A DNA stretch of 62,297 nt, filler included, from Rhabdomonas costata (lineage: Eukaryota): NCBI GenBank assembly GCA_019059605.1. It is 36 parts of 36 records of this genome, joined end to end, with 100 filler letters (N's around TTAATTAATTAA, not from the genome) between each part and the next. Parts side by side here need not be neighbours in the genome. Positions count along the whole stretch, not along the records: positions 52,001 to 53,633 come from JAHMHO010011624.1; positions 53,734 to 55,366 come from JAHMHO010011625.1; positions 55,467 to 57,099 come from JAHMHO010011626.1; positions 57,200 to 58,831 come from JAHMHO010011627.1; positions 58,932 to 60,564 come from JAHMHO010011628.1; positions 60,665 to 62,297 come from JAHMHO010011629.1; 30 more parts are not named here. One strand, written 5' to 3'. Position 1 is the first letter of the stretch, and each line of letters begins with the position of its first letter. The position numbers were made by a program, and so were the translations under genes. The notes under the pieces are model-generated. The model was not told where the DNA came from, searched no databases, and saw nothing but the letters and a program-made list of their open reading frames with translations. Positions 52,701 through 62,297 of this stretch are shown one piece after another.

Positions 52701-53733
52701 AAAATGTGATCTTCACACGCATCTGTACAGGCAAAAACGCATGCCGTACCGTGTACCACTAACACTCTTGCAGAACAGTCGCAGAACCCAATTGTACAAG
52801 CACAAACATAACGACCGTAGTACACGCAAATGAAAACATGTAACTGAGTGCCATGCACAATATTGCACCCCCCGGAACAGAAAAAGCACCGGGAGGTGAG
52901 GGAATGGAATGGGACCACCGTCGAGGCGAGTGCCAACCGCACCCCCCCACAGGTGCAGATCCCATTCAGCCATCTTCGGCCCATGGCAACGAGTGATGGG
53001 GCTTGCGGTGGAGCAGTGCACTAGCAGAGGGCTGGATGCGCGGAGCAGTCTGAGAACTGCCAGCCGCTTCCTCAGGCTCGGCCACAGCCACAGCCTCAGC
53101 TTCAACCTCAGCCTGGAACACGCCCGAAAGCACCCATAAAGACTCACTCAGGATCAGTGCAACTAATCTGAACTCTGAGACGGTCACGTGGACTGTCACC
53201 TGCTGTACGGGTCTGTGTTGCCAGTAAAGAACCCCAGTAAACGCAGGTGTTCAGCTCATCATCGCACAGAGAACAGCGGACGTGCACATACGCTGTTCAT
53301 ATGAAGTACGTCAAACATAACCGTATACCGTGGCACAGCCAACGCAATCGATTTTCAAATGCGGCAACGTTCATTCAAAAAGAACAAAGCACGCCCATGA
53401 ACTGCCCGTAACACACATAATGTACATCGTATCACTTTCCGACACATGGTGTACATTTTTCTCAAATTGAGAGGGGTACTACTCCTCAAAAAGTGGCAAA
53501 GCACTGAAGAACAGTTGAGAGTGGAAGAACTGGAATAATAGAGGGGAGCGAAGAGCAGAGGAAATACAGGAGTGGGGGTGCACGAAACAACACGGGAAAC
53601 CCAGGGAGTGGGAAAAATGATCCACAACCAAAANNNNNNNNNNNNNNNNNNNNNNNNNNNNNNNNNNNNNNNNNNNNTTAATTAATTAANNNNNNNNNNN
53701 NNNNNNNNNNNNNNNNNNNNNNNNNNNNNNNNN

Positions 53734-55366
53734 CATCCTTACGCTTACCCTGATGTCAGTAACTCCCGCTATTCCTACGCTGATTCCTACGCAAGATGTC
53801 CTGTTGTTGGTTCCTAGCGCTAATCCTACGGTAGATGTCATGCTGTTGGTGATGTTGGTATTCTGGGGCTAGAGGGTGTCGGGATTTCAGGATGTGTGGA
53901 TTTCTGAGTCGAAGGGTTAGGTGAGTTCCTGTTGTTAAGCTGAGTGTATGCCTTGTGTCTTTCATGCTTCTGTGAGGGTTTACGGGTGTTGGAATTCTGG
54001 GACGTGGGGATTTCTTGATGCGTGTGGGATTTTGGGACGTAGGGGCGTATTTTAGCGTAAGGGGTGTCTTTCTGAGGATGTAGGGGTGTTCTATCGCTGA
54101 AGCCTTTAACCTCTACTACGGATGGCTCCACTGCGTGACCCATCCTTCGTGTCTAAGCCTTCACCTTCTTGAGGGGTTCCGTGTGGCTACGCCCCGACGG
54201 AGCACCCTGTAAGCCTCTTATGGGGGTGGAAGGGTGCGTAGTGACACGTGGGGTTGATGCTGGTGACCGAACGGAGGCACCTTAGGGTGGTGGAGTGAGG
54301 GGAGTAGAAGGGGAGGAGGCATGCGAAGGACTGAGCATGCAGACGACCAGGGTAATGCCTTGATACCCCATGCCATCTCGTGACCTCGATGCCATGGGGC
54401 CCCTTGGTGTCTTTGCTGGTCGCATGCTCCCTTTGGTCGCATGCTCCCTAGATGCTGAACTCAAAGGGTGTATTCCTCCCTCCCTCACCATCCTCGCTAC
54501 GCTCGTATGGTGGGGAGTGAGGATGAGCCTCTAGGGATAAAAGGGTGTTGATGTCGTCGATGCCTCCCTCCGGTCGTCATCTCCTCCTAAATGCGAAGAT
54601 AGCCCTTGATGTCGGGATGTCATCTCCTTGCGTCGATGCCATCCCTCCTACTATCCCCACTCACTATGCGTTCGTGGGGCCCCTAGAAGAAAGAAAGAAG
54701 AATAGATGGTCGCATGCTCGTATCCTCGCATGCTCCCTAGATGTGATGGTTCGCTTCGCTCCCCGCTGCACGGGTCGCTAGCTCACAGCCTCCCTCCCTC
54801 ACCATCCTCGCAATGCTCGTATGGTGGGGAGTGAGGATGTAAAGATGGAAGTTAAGATGTCGTCACTCGCTACGCTCGTTCCTCCTAGAAGCTGAACTCA
54901 AAGAAGATGCCTAACCCCAACGGGAAAGAAACGCTCTTGTCGGTCGTGATGCCTAACGTCATCACTCCCTAAGTGCAGTGGTTCGGGCATTCCACCACCC
55001 TAAGGTGCTTCCATGCCCTCACAACCCAATGCTAAGGGTATTCCGTGTGGCTACGCCCGGTCGGAGTGAGTGAAAGCACCTTAGGGTGGTGAAACGAACG
55101 CAGAGACACGTGGGTAGAAGGGCTGAAGAGAAGTGCGTGAGTGAAACCGTGCTTTACATTTAGCACCATAAACCCCTACGCCTCAACCACCAAGCACCAT
55201 ACACGCTAAGCACCAACATCCACAGTAACGCATCGCACCAACAGGAACCCTGACACACACCATACACTACACCATACCCTACACTACACACTACGCTCCA
55301 CTACACTACACTACGCTACACCATACATACTAAGAAGAAGAACATACGCGCGAGGAACCCAACCCC
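53734..55366. other. Non-coding contig of dispersed hairpin-forming repeats with a strand-skew switch
   Basis: 51-nt direct repeat (54475-54525/54789-54839); GCACCTTAGGGTGGTG at 54277 and 55076 and inverted at 54993; TTCCGTGTGGCTACGCCC at 54177 and 55041; no exon-like sequence. Confidence 0.8.
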
Positions 55367-55939
55367 NNNNNNNNNNNNNNNNNNNNNNNNNNNNNNNNNN
55401 NNNNNNNNNNTTAATTAATTAANNNNNNNNNNNNNNNNNNNNNNNNNNNNNNNNNNNNNNNNNNNNCACGCGGGTATTCTCTGACCCTTCTCCTGAGCTC
55501 TCACCAGGTTGCCGCAATCCAAAGCGCCGGTCTGGTCCAACGGGGGCATAATAAACCATGTGACGCCACAGTGATGGGTTGAGAAGTCTAACACAAGTCT
55601 ATGTGCTGTAGCGCCTTATTCACCAGCTTTCTTTCTGGGTGTTAAACTTTCGATTTTCCGTTAGGATTTCTGAATAGTACGCTCAGTTGAACGTGTGAAG
55701 CAGGTTACGCTATGTTGGTGCGGCTGAAAATCATACATTTATCGCAGCCTCCGTTTTGGATGACGACTTCGTGCTTTGCTCTGTGGGGGGGTTGTGGTGC
55801 TCCGCCACGAAAGTCATATTGGAGGATTTTAGTGAAACAATTCGTGGTAGTGGAAAGTGACTCTTCGGTGGACTTTGACGGACGAGACGACTGGGACAGA
55901 TTTTTCAGGTGGGGACACCCCACGTGTGCAGCTCTTTCT

Positions 55940-56840
55940 ATTTTGCGGACCCGTGCCAGTCTTGACTCGCTGACAGTTCTGTATCCTTTCGTGTTTGGGG
56001 CTTTGTGAGGGAGGACTGGCACCCTGGCAAACCTGCCCGTAGGACATGTCGATCGAAGGGAGGTATTCGTGGGCCATCGGGGAAACCCCAGGGCCGCTAC
56101 TCACGGAGCTCTTCAGGACGTTGCTTGTGGGCTGGGAGGGCGCCGGCTCAGGAGCGCTAAAACAGGACAAGCCAGCGCCAACCAAACTGCCGAAACGGTG
56201 CGCAGCGAAGGCAGCACAAGACGGGCACAAATCTAAGAGAAAGGTGAGGACGCGCTCCCAAGGCGCCGACGAACTCCTGAGGAGTCTTGCCATTGACCAG
56301 GTTCGGGCGCCGGAGCGTAAAAGTCGAGTGGCGTGCAAGGCTGACACCGACTTTGTGCATGTCCATGATGAGCAGCACGAAGTAAAAACAAACGGGAAAA
56401 AAAGAATCAAGGGCATTCATTCACATGGGCAAACGAAGTGTCAGTCGGCTTTCTGAGGTGCAACAGATCTCTAGATCAAAGCCAGCACATAGATGGCCTA
56501 CTTCTACTTCCATTCACACTTCCAGATTTTTATATCACCTGCTCTAAACCGCCTTCAAGAAGAAATGAAAGAAAAAAAACCAAAGTCTCGTTAACTCGAC
56601 TGAACACATGAGGTAAAAGGGGGAGAAGCCGTCCTGGCAGCCTCTCTGTGGCGGACCCCACCCCTGCCTAACATTCTGCTATCATGCAACAAAGGAGGAG
56701 CAGCAGAAAAACGTCACCTCTTCTCCCACCACGGACGGTCAGCATGAGGAAGAGCTGCGGGAGCAGCCGGGGCTTGGGGCTGGGCCGGAGCCTGCGGCGG
56801 AGGCTGCGGAGCAGCAGGCTTCCCCGAGGGAACCTGCTAG
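55940..56840 (-). CDS. Pro/Ala/Ser-rich protein, terminal exons
   Basis: Coding-like blocks QVPSGKPAAPQPPPQAPAQP and APEPAPSQPTSNVLKS with AG/GT boundaries. Confidence 0.4.
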
Positions 56841-57767
56841 GCGAGCACACAATGAGTTAAAAGTGAAAGCTGAAGGCCAGACATGGTTTGCATAACAGCA
56901 AGGAGTGGGTCCAACCGGCGGGAGGAAACAAACATCGGCCAAACATCTAAACAAAGAAGCCAGATGGCAGGGGAGACGGAAGGAGTGGAGGGGTCAGAGG
57001 GACGGAAAACATGCATAGAGAACATGAAGGAAAATGAAGTACAAGAAACGGAAAGAGGGAAAGGGAAGAGAATCACGACAGAGTTTGCTAACAACACAAN
57101 NNNNNNNNNNNNNNNNNNNNNNNNNNNNNNNNNNNNNNNNNNNTTAATTAATTAANNNNNNNNNNNNNNNNNNNNNNNNNNNNNNNNNNNNNNNNNNNNT
57201 GGGTGGTGCGGTTTTTATTGTCCACTTCACCTCAAAAGTGAGAACGGTCCGATATGTGCGAGCATTTTGGAAGTCCCGAATTCTCACTAATGTGAAGTGG
57301 GCCATAGAATAGTACCGTTTTTCAGACCTGGAGATTGCAATGACAACGGGTTTGAGGACTCATTCTCGCGTGAAACGCGGAGCTCAATGCACCAATGGCG
57401 TGCTTCTCCGAGAAGCTTGGAGTCACGTGGTTCCAGCTTGAACCGTGTGTTCTGGCTCCAGCAATGATCCAGCAATGATCCCTGCTGTCCTCTCCAGTCT
57501 GTTGGTTGGGCGGGTGTCTCAGGTCTGGCTGATTTGTTTGGTTTTTTCTCCAATTTTCTTCCCGCTTTCCGCCCTCCGTTTTCTGCGTTTGCTCTGTGCG
57601 TGTGGCGTGTTTTTGTTCCTCACCTGTTGATATATTCGTTGCCTCGTTGTGCGTGCCTGCGTGCGGCGCGCGAGTGCGTGTGTAAGTGCGTGTGCTTCGA
57701 TTTTTGAACAGTAGTAGAAGGAAAAAGGTGAGAACCTCTCTCACCGCCCCCCGCGTCGCCTTCGAAG

Positions 57768-58581
57768 ATGGAGAAGATGAAGTTTGTGGACTACGAGCGC
57801 CGCAACAATCGCTTCCTGCGCCGGCTGGACCTCGACCCGGAGCTCCGCAAGCTGGTCCAGGTGGAGGCCGCAAGCGGGGCCACCGAGGGCTTTGCCGTGC
57901 TGGTCCCGCAGAACGTTGCGCTGGAGGACGTCCCGATTACTCCGGCCTTTGCCCGCGCCCATGTGATTCGCTTCGACCCCGCGGATCAGTTTGCGTTCAC
58001 CACGCTCTCCGGGCTGCGAGGGTTCTTCTCAGAAACCCTGGACTCAATCGTCTTTCCTGAGCTCACCACCGCCCCTGGGGCCTCAGGGGATGGGTCTACC
58101 AGCTCGCCCAACAAGGTTGGGTCTCCAGGACCCCCGCCCTCCAGATTGCTCTCAGGGGGTGATGTGCTCGTAAAAAAAAGAGTCAAGCATCCGATGCGTT
58201 GTTGTAGGTGGCCTGCCCGTGGCCTGTGGATGAGTCGTTTCTTTTTGTTATCTGAGTGCTTACACTGCTCTGAAGTGACTGCCACTCGGCCTGTGCTTTT
58301 GCAGTGGCCCACAGGTTGTGCACCAGCGAGTGGCATCCGTTCCCAGGTTCTTTATTTGGTGTTTGTGTTTCTCTGAGCAAAGCTAAATTAAGTGCAGCGT
58401 GCGCTTGTTTGTACCCCGCCCGTCAATAAAATGAAATAAGGCTGCTGCAGCGAGTGGTGGGGGTGGCGAGTCCGAGGCCACGGAGCTGGGGAAGAAGGTG
58501 CACGTGCTGCGGCACACGGAGCACCTCCTGAGCGGCAGCCCTACCACCCTGAACATCTTCGTGATCTCGGACACAGTGCAG
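57768..58581 (+). CDS. Protein N-terminus resembling the VARP/ANKRD27 N-terminal region; exons 57768-58115, 58441-58581
   Basis: NRFL..VLVPQ..FARAHVI..FTTLSG..VHVLRHTE..IFVIS pattern; phase-0 splice; family assignment tentative. Confidence 0.55.
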
Positions 58582-60958
58582 GTCTTGGGTTTGACTTCTG
58601 GGCCCCTGCCTTTGCTCTGGGATATCCAATTGCTTAAGGATCAGTAGAAGGACCAGTTCCGTGTGGGATAGCATAAAGATAATTCCTCTGCACCACGTGG
58701 TGCCCGCCAGAATACAATTCTCTCTTTCAGTAACGGGGCGTCCCATGACCCTTGGAATCGTAGTTCCTTTTGGATCCACCTCAACACCGCCGACAAAAGT
58801 AGCGGAGAATAGTAGTAGGTCACCACCCCACNNNNNNNNNNNNNNNNNNNNNNNNNNNNNNNNNNNNNNNNNNNNTTAATTAATTAANNNNNNNNNNNNN
58901 NNNNNNNNNNNNNNNNNNNNNNNNNNNNNNNGTTTGTTTTTCCTTGTTTTTTTAATAACTCCAATCTATTATTTCGATTAACGTTGACCTTCTTGAATTA
59001 CTTTATACCTCCGGTATATTTTCTAGCCACACCTACACGACTTCTATTTCACTTGTCACACCTACGTTATCCAGGCCCGGCATCACTTCTGCTAGGGATG
59101 AAAATAGTTGACGAACCAATACCTCGTTGGGCTTTTGCCCCATATCTACACATTCGGAACACTCTGCGTTCCAAATCAGCGGCAGTGATCTACAAATTTA
59201 AATCAAACATGCTCTCCATTAAATCCGCAGTTACTTCTATATTGGGTTTTCCGCCACACAATGCTCTTTGCTGCTCATCTTCTGTCATAAACATCTGTTT
59301 ATCAGTTACCTTCAATGATGGTACATACAACATATATTACGTCGCATACATCGCATACTAGAACCCCCACAGAGCCACAGTGGTCGCACTTCTGTTTCAA
59401 ATTATCGCGCAGTCATATTCGTGAATTATCTTCTTTTATAAAGTCTTATCCACTGCACTACTATCACACCTACAAAACCACTGTATGAAAACACAGCTTG
59501 ATACATAGATATCATCTTGAAAAGCTTCGCTCAGCTTTTGCGCACGCCGCGCCAATCAGCTGTAACACCACCACTTAAAGATTAATTAATCAGTCGGAAA
59601 CAAACTTTTTCAGCACTCGCACACTGACACAAGCACTACTGCGCCGCGCGTTCACCTCCACACGTTTACAATGCCAAAACCTCCACCACCGAAAAAGTCT
59701 CCTTTGACACGAGATCTCATTTTGGTATTCTCTGCGTTTCCAGTGTTTTCTTAAAAAGCAAAATAGCAAATTAAAGACTCCAAAACTCACTCTCAAGAAA
59801 GAGTAATTTATAACTTGCTACGCAACTACCTCTGTGGTGGTTATTGTGATGCTTCTGGTTTTTGTGTAGTGCTGTGTGCTGTTGGAAGTTTGGTTGATTG
59901 TTTGATGTTGGTGGTGTTGGTTGTTGTGATGTTGGAGTGAGAGTGGTGGATCAAGTACTGTGCATGTTGATTGAATGCTGTATGTTTGGTGTTGGATGTT
60001 GGTCATAAATTCTTGAATATGGTATTGAGGCTGCTATATGTAGACATATTTTGCGTAAACCCACCGTTTGAGTGATGCCACGATACAACAATATTAATAT
60101 GGCAAAGTGCGATACCCACGTATGAGAGCCTGATTCATATTATAAAAAACACAACAAATAAACTGGAAGTATGGGCATATCAACCTCCATTACGCACAAT
60201 TTGCAACGGAGTAGTAGGTCTGGTATAATGTTCCTAGAAGACTGTGAACATGAGGCTATGCTTGAACGAATAGGTGACACAAGCACACATGCTGCATAGC
60301 AACCGAGTGGAACGTGGCAATTCGTGGATTTACCTTTCATGTTGTCGCCAGCTTATGAACACATGCAACCAGATGAAACTATACCACAACGTGGTTTCAG
60401 TGGTATAAACGTTGACATTGATTTCGTAGCAGTGTGTGTATGTATATGTGTATTATTGGAGTAGCATTTTACGCAGTATTGAAGTACTGACAAAACTCGA
60501 AATAAAAAGGGGCTTAAAATGGACAATAATTCTGTATCTCGCTACCCCCTTCCCCCGCCGGTCANNNNNNNNNNNNNNNNNNNNNNNNNNNNNNNNNNNN
60601 NNNNNNNNTTAATTAATTAANNNNNNNNNNNNNNNNNNNNNNNNNNNNNNNNNNNNNNNNNNNNTTTTTATGGTGCAGCACCACAAAACAATATACAAGG
60701 AACACAACTGCACACGCTGCGTGGGTGGAAAAGTTCATGGAGGCAGAAAATGAATGAAGGTGGGGATTCATAAAAATGAACAGTGCTATTTTAAAAGGAG
60801 AGAATTTATGGAACAGTAAAGGGGGAGGGGTTCACACAGCGGAATGAGAGGGAAATAGACGCGCATGAGCAAGGAAAACAGTGAAGGCAATGCGGTTAAC
60901 ATTCAAAGGGAAGGGAGGTGCTTTGTAAAAAAGACCCTGTGTGGAGCATACCCATTTC

Positions 60959-62290
60959 TCAGAATTCAGGAACTTGCACTGGGTAAAGGTGGAAGTCCTT
61001 GACGGTAAAATCGTGCGGGTCAGCTTGCGTTTTCGGAGCCATGCGTTTTCTGCGCGCAGTCTTTGGACAAAGCGCGATTTCCAGCCACCACACTGCGTTT
61101 CCTGAAAAGGTAGTCAAAGGGGAAAGACGGAAATGTGACCAGCACGGAAAGTCAGTCGAGCAGAAAATCATCGAACACCCACCAAAAACACGACGAATAG
61201 GGGTTCGGCGCCTATAATAGGAGCGGTATTTAGACTCCAGACTGCTCCCTGGTCCGTGCACGATGAGACTTTGAGCTTGGGTTCTAATCAGATGGTAAGT
61301 TAGCAAAATTTCCCCGCCGACTTCAGGCACTATTTTCTGTATTCAGCCCTGGAGGCAGCGCATGAAAGTATTCGTTGAATAATGAAATGATAGTAACAAT
61401 TTCCGGCTAGGTGGGAACATAGGTACCCAGGATTCAAACAAAAACTTTGCATGGGGTTAGAAGGCGATGCACGGGTTAGAAGGCGATGCATGTGTCCTCT
61501 TTAGTACTTTTGATGGCTTCTTCTTCTTCTTCTTCTTCACGATGGACACTGAGTGCTGTGCAGGCACTCCAGGGCGAGGAGTTGGTCAACTGGTCTCAAG
61601 AGGGGTGCTTATTAGACCTTCGGAATGTCCGTGCTGCGGGGCATCGCAGCCGGTGTTGCAGCGCAATGGGGATCTGTTGCGATGGAGGTGCAAGAGTTGT
61701 AAAAAGACTGTTGCTCTGCGCGATGGATCCGTTTCGACGCTTCCCTGGGCCTGTGTGCTTGTTAAAGTATGCCTTGCCTTTGGGTACGTATATTCCCACC
61801 TGGCCCAATTTCCCAATAATTCCGTGAAGCTTTGGTATGGAGGGGCTTTCCACCCTCATAACAATTCCATCTCCCTGAGGATCCTGTGCAATGTGAGCAT
61901 TTTACCACTCTGTTCTGCCTCCCAAACCTCGTGCAAACCTTCTTGGAATTCCAGGGAAACGTGCGTGTGTCAATTTTGTACCCACCAACATCTGCTTTTT
62001 ACAGGGTGGAGCAGAGCAAACGCGGAACGTCTCACTGGCATCAGCCTGTGTTTGGGTGACTGGAGTGTAGTCTTAACAGACGAAGAAGACGAAAGCGAAA
62101 GCGATCTCAGTGCAAGGCGCACCTGAGCAGTATCGGCCCCACCATAAATGGACTTGGGCCATCTCTGCAAATACAGTGCCTTCCAAAGGAAACACTCCTT
62201 GCAAAATGTGGAGAAGCACTTGCAGGCACATGATAATATCAGCAAGTCATGAAAGCTGAGAAGCTCCAGCCAACGCGTCTGAACATCCCA
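60959..62290 (-). CDS. F-box protein; exons ~62290-62123, 61336 to ~61194, ~61102-60959
   Basis: LSFHDLLILSCACKCF..LWKALYLQRW F-box motif; ADTAQ|KIVPE joins in phase 0. Confidence 0.6.
61513..62055 (+). mobile_element. Merlin/IS1595-like transposase N-terminal remnant inside the F-box intron, antisense
   Basis: RGVL..CPCC..WRCKSCKKTVALRDGS zinc ribbon, then ISLRIL and AERLTGIS (HTH-like); frameshift near 61592; no DDE domain. Confidence 0.6.
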
Positions 62291-62297
62291 CCCCACC

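Noticed and set aside
55121-55150. CTGAAGA...GAAA hammerhead-like core (also CTGATGA...GAAA at ~37437)
   Set aside because: Stems I-III cannot be formed
58940-59550. Stop-codon reassignment in the AT-rich contig
   Set aside because: Stop density (about 8 in ~205 codons) is not clearly different from chance, and other genes terminate with standard stops
1635-60664. Regularly spaced TTAATTAATTAA repeat with unique ~1.6 kb intervals (array-like)
   Set aside because: It is an assembly concatenation linker; adjacency between contigs carries no synteny information, and ORFs ending in X..LIN are artefacts
1-62297. Euglenid non-conventional or diplonemid non-canonical introns
   Set aside because: Every intron I could anchor with conserved protein motifs was GT-AG

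Overview
This window is not one locus. It is 36 unrelated contigs of about 1.63 kb each, joined by an artificial spacer (N-run + TTAATTAATTAA + N-run). The DNA is eukaryotic: short GC3-rich exons separated by canonical GT-AG introns, which I assembled by hand with consistent phases. Gene content and style suggest a euglenozoan protist, possibly a euglenid (inference only). G/T-only primer-like ends and fold-back hairpins point to whole-genome-amplified material. Recognisable gene fragments: chromate transporter, two ADP-ribosyltransferase (ART)-like genes, two protein kinases, IGPS-PRAI fusion, alpha/beta hydrolase, degenerate class III cyclase, 6-phosphofructo-2-kinase, ABCG/PDR transporter, inner-arm dynein heavy chain, and CCCH, F-box and EF-hand-like proteins. 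Mobile remnants: a GIY-YIG endonuclease and a Merlin/IS1595-like transposase. Most notable: (1) a single-pass membrane protein with a cytoplasmic ART-like domain (receptor-ART architecture); (2) a gene-free contig (53734-55366) built from shuffled hairpin modules with a strand-skew flip, possibly organellar or extrachromosomal, with similar sequence in a nuclear intron elsewhere; (3) a six-cysteine module encoded by identically sized 174-nt phase 1-1 exons. All family calls come from motif recognition by eye, without database searches.
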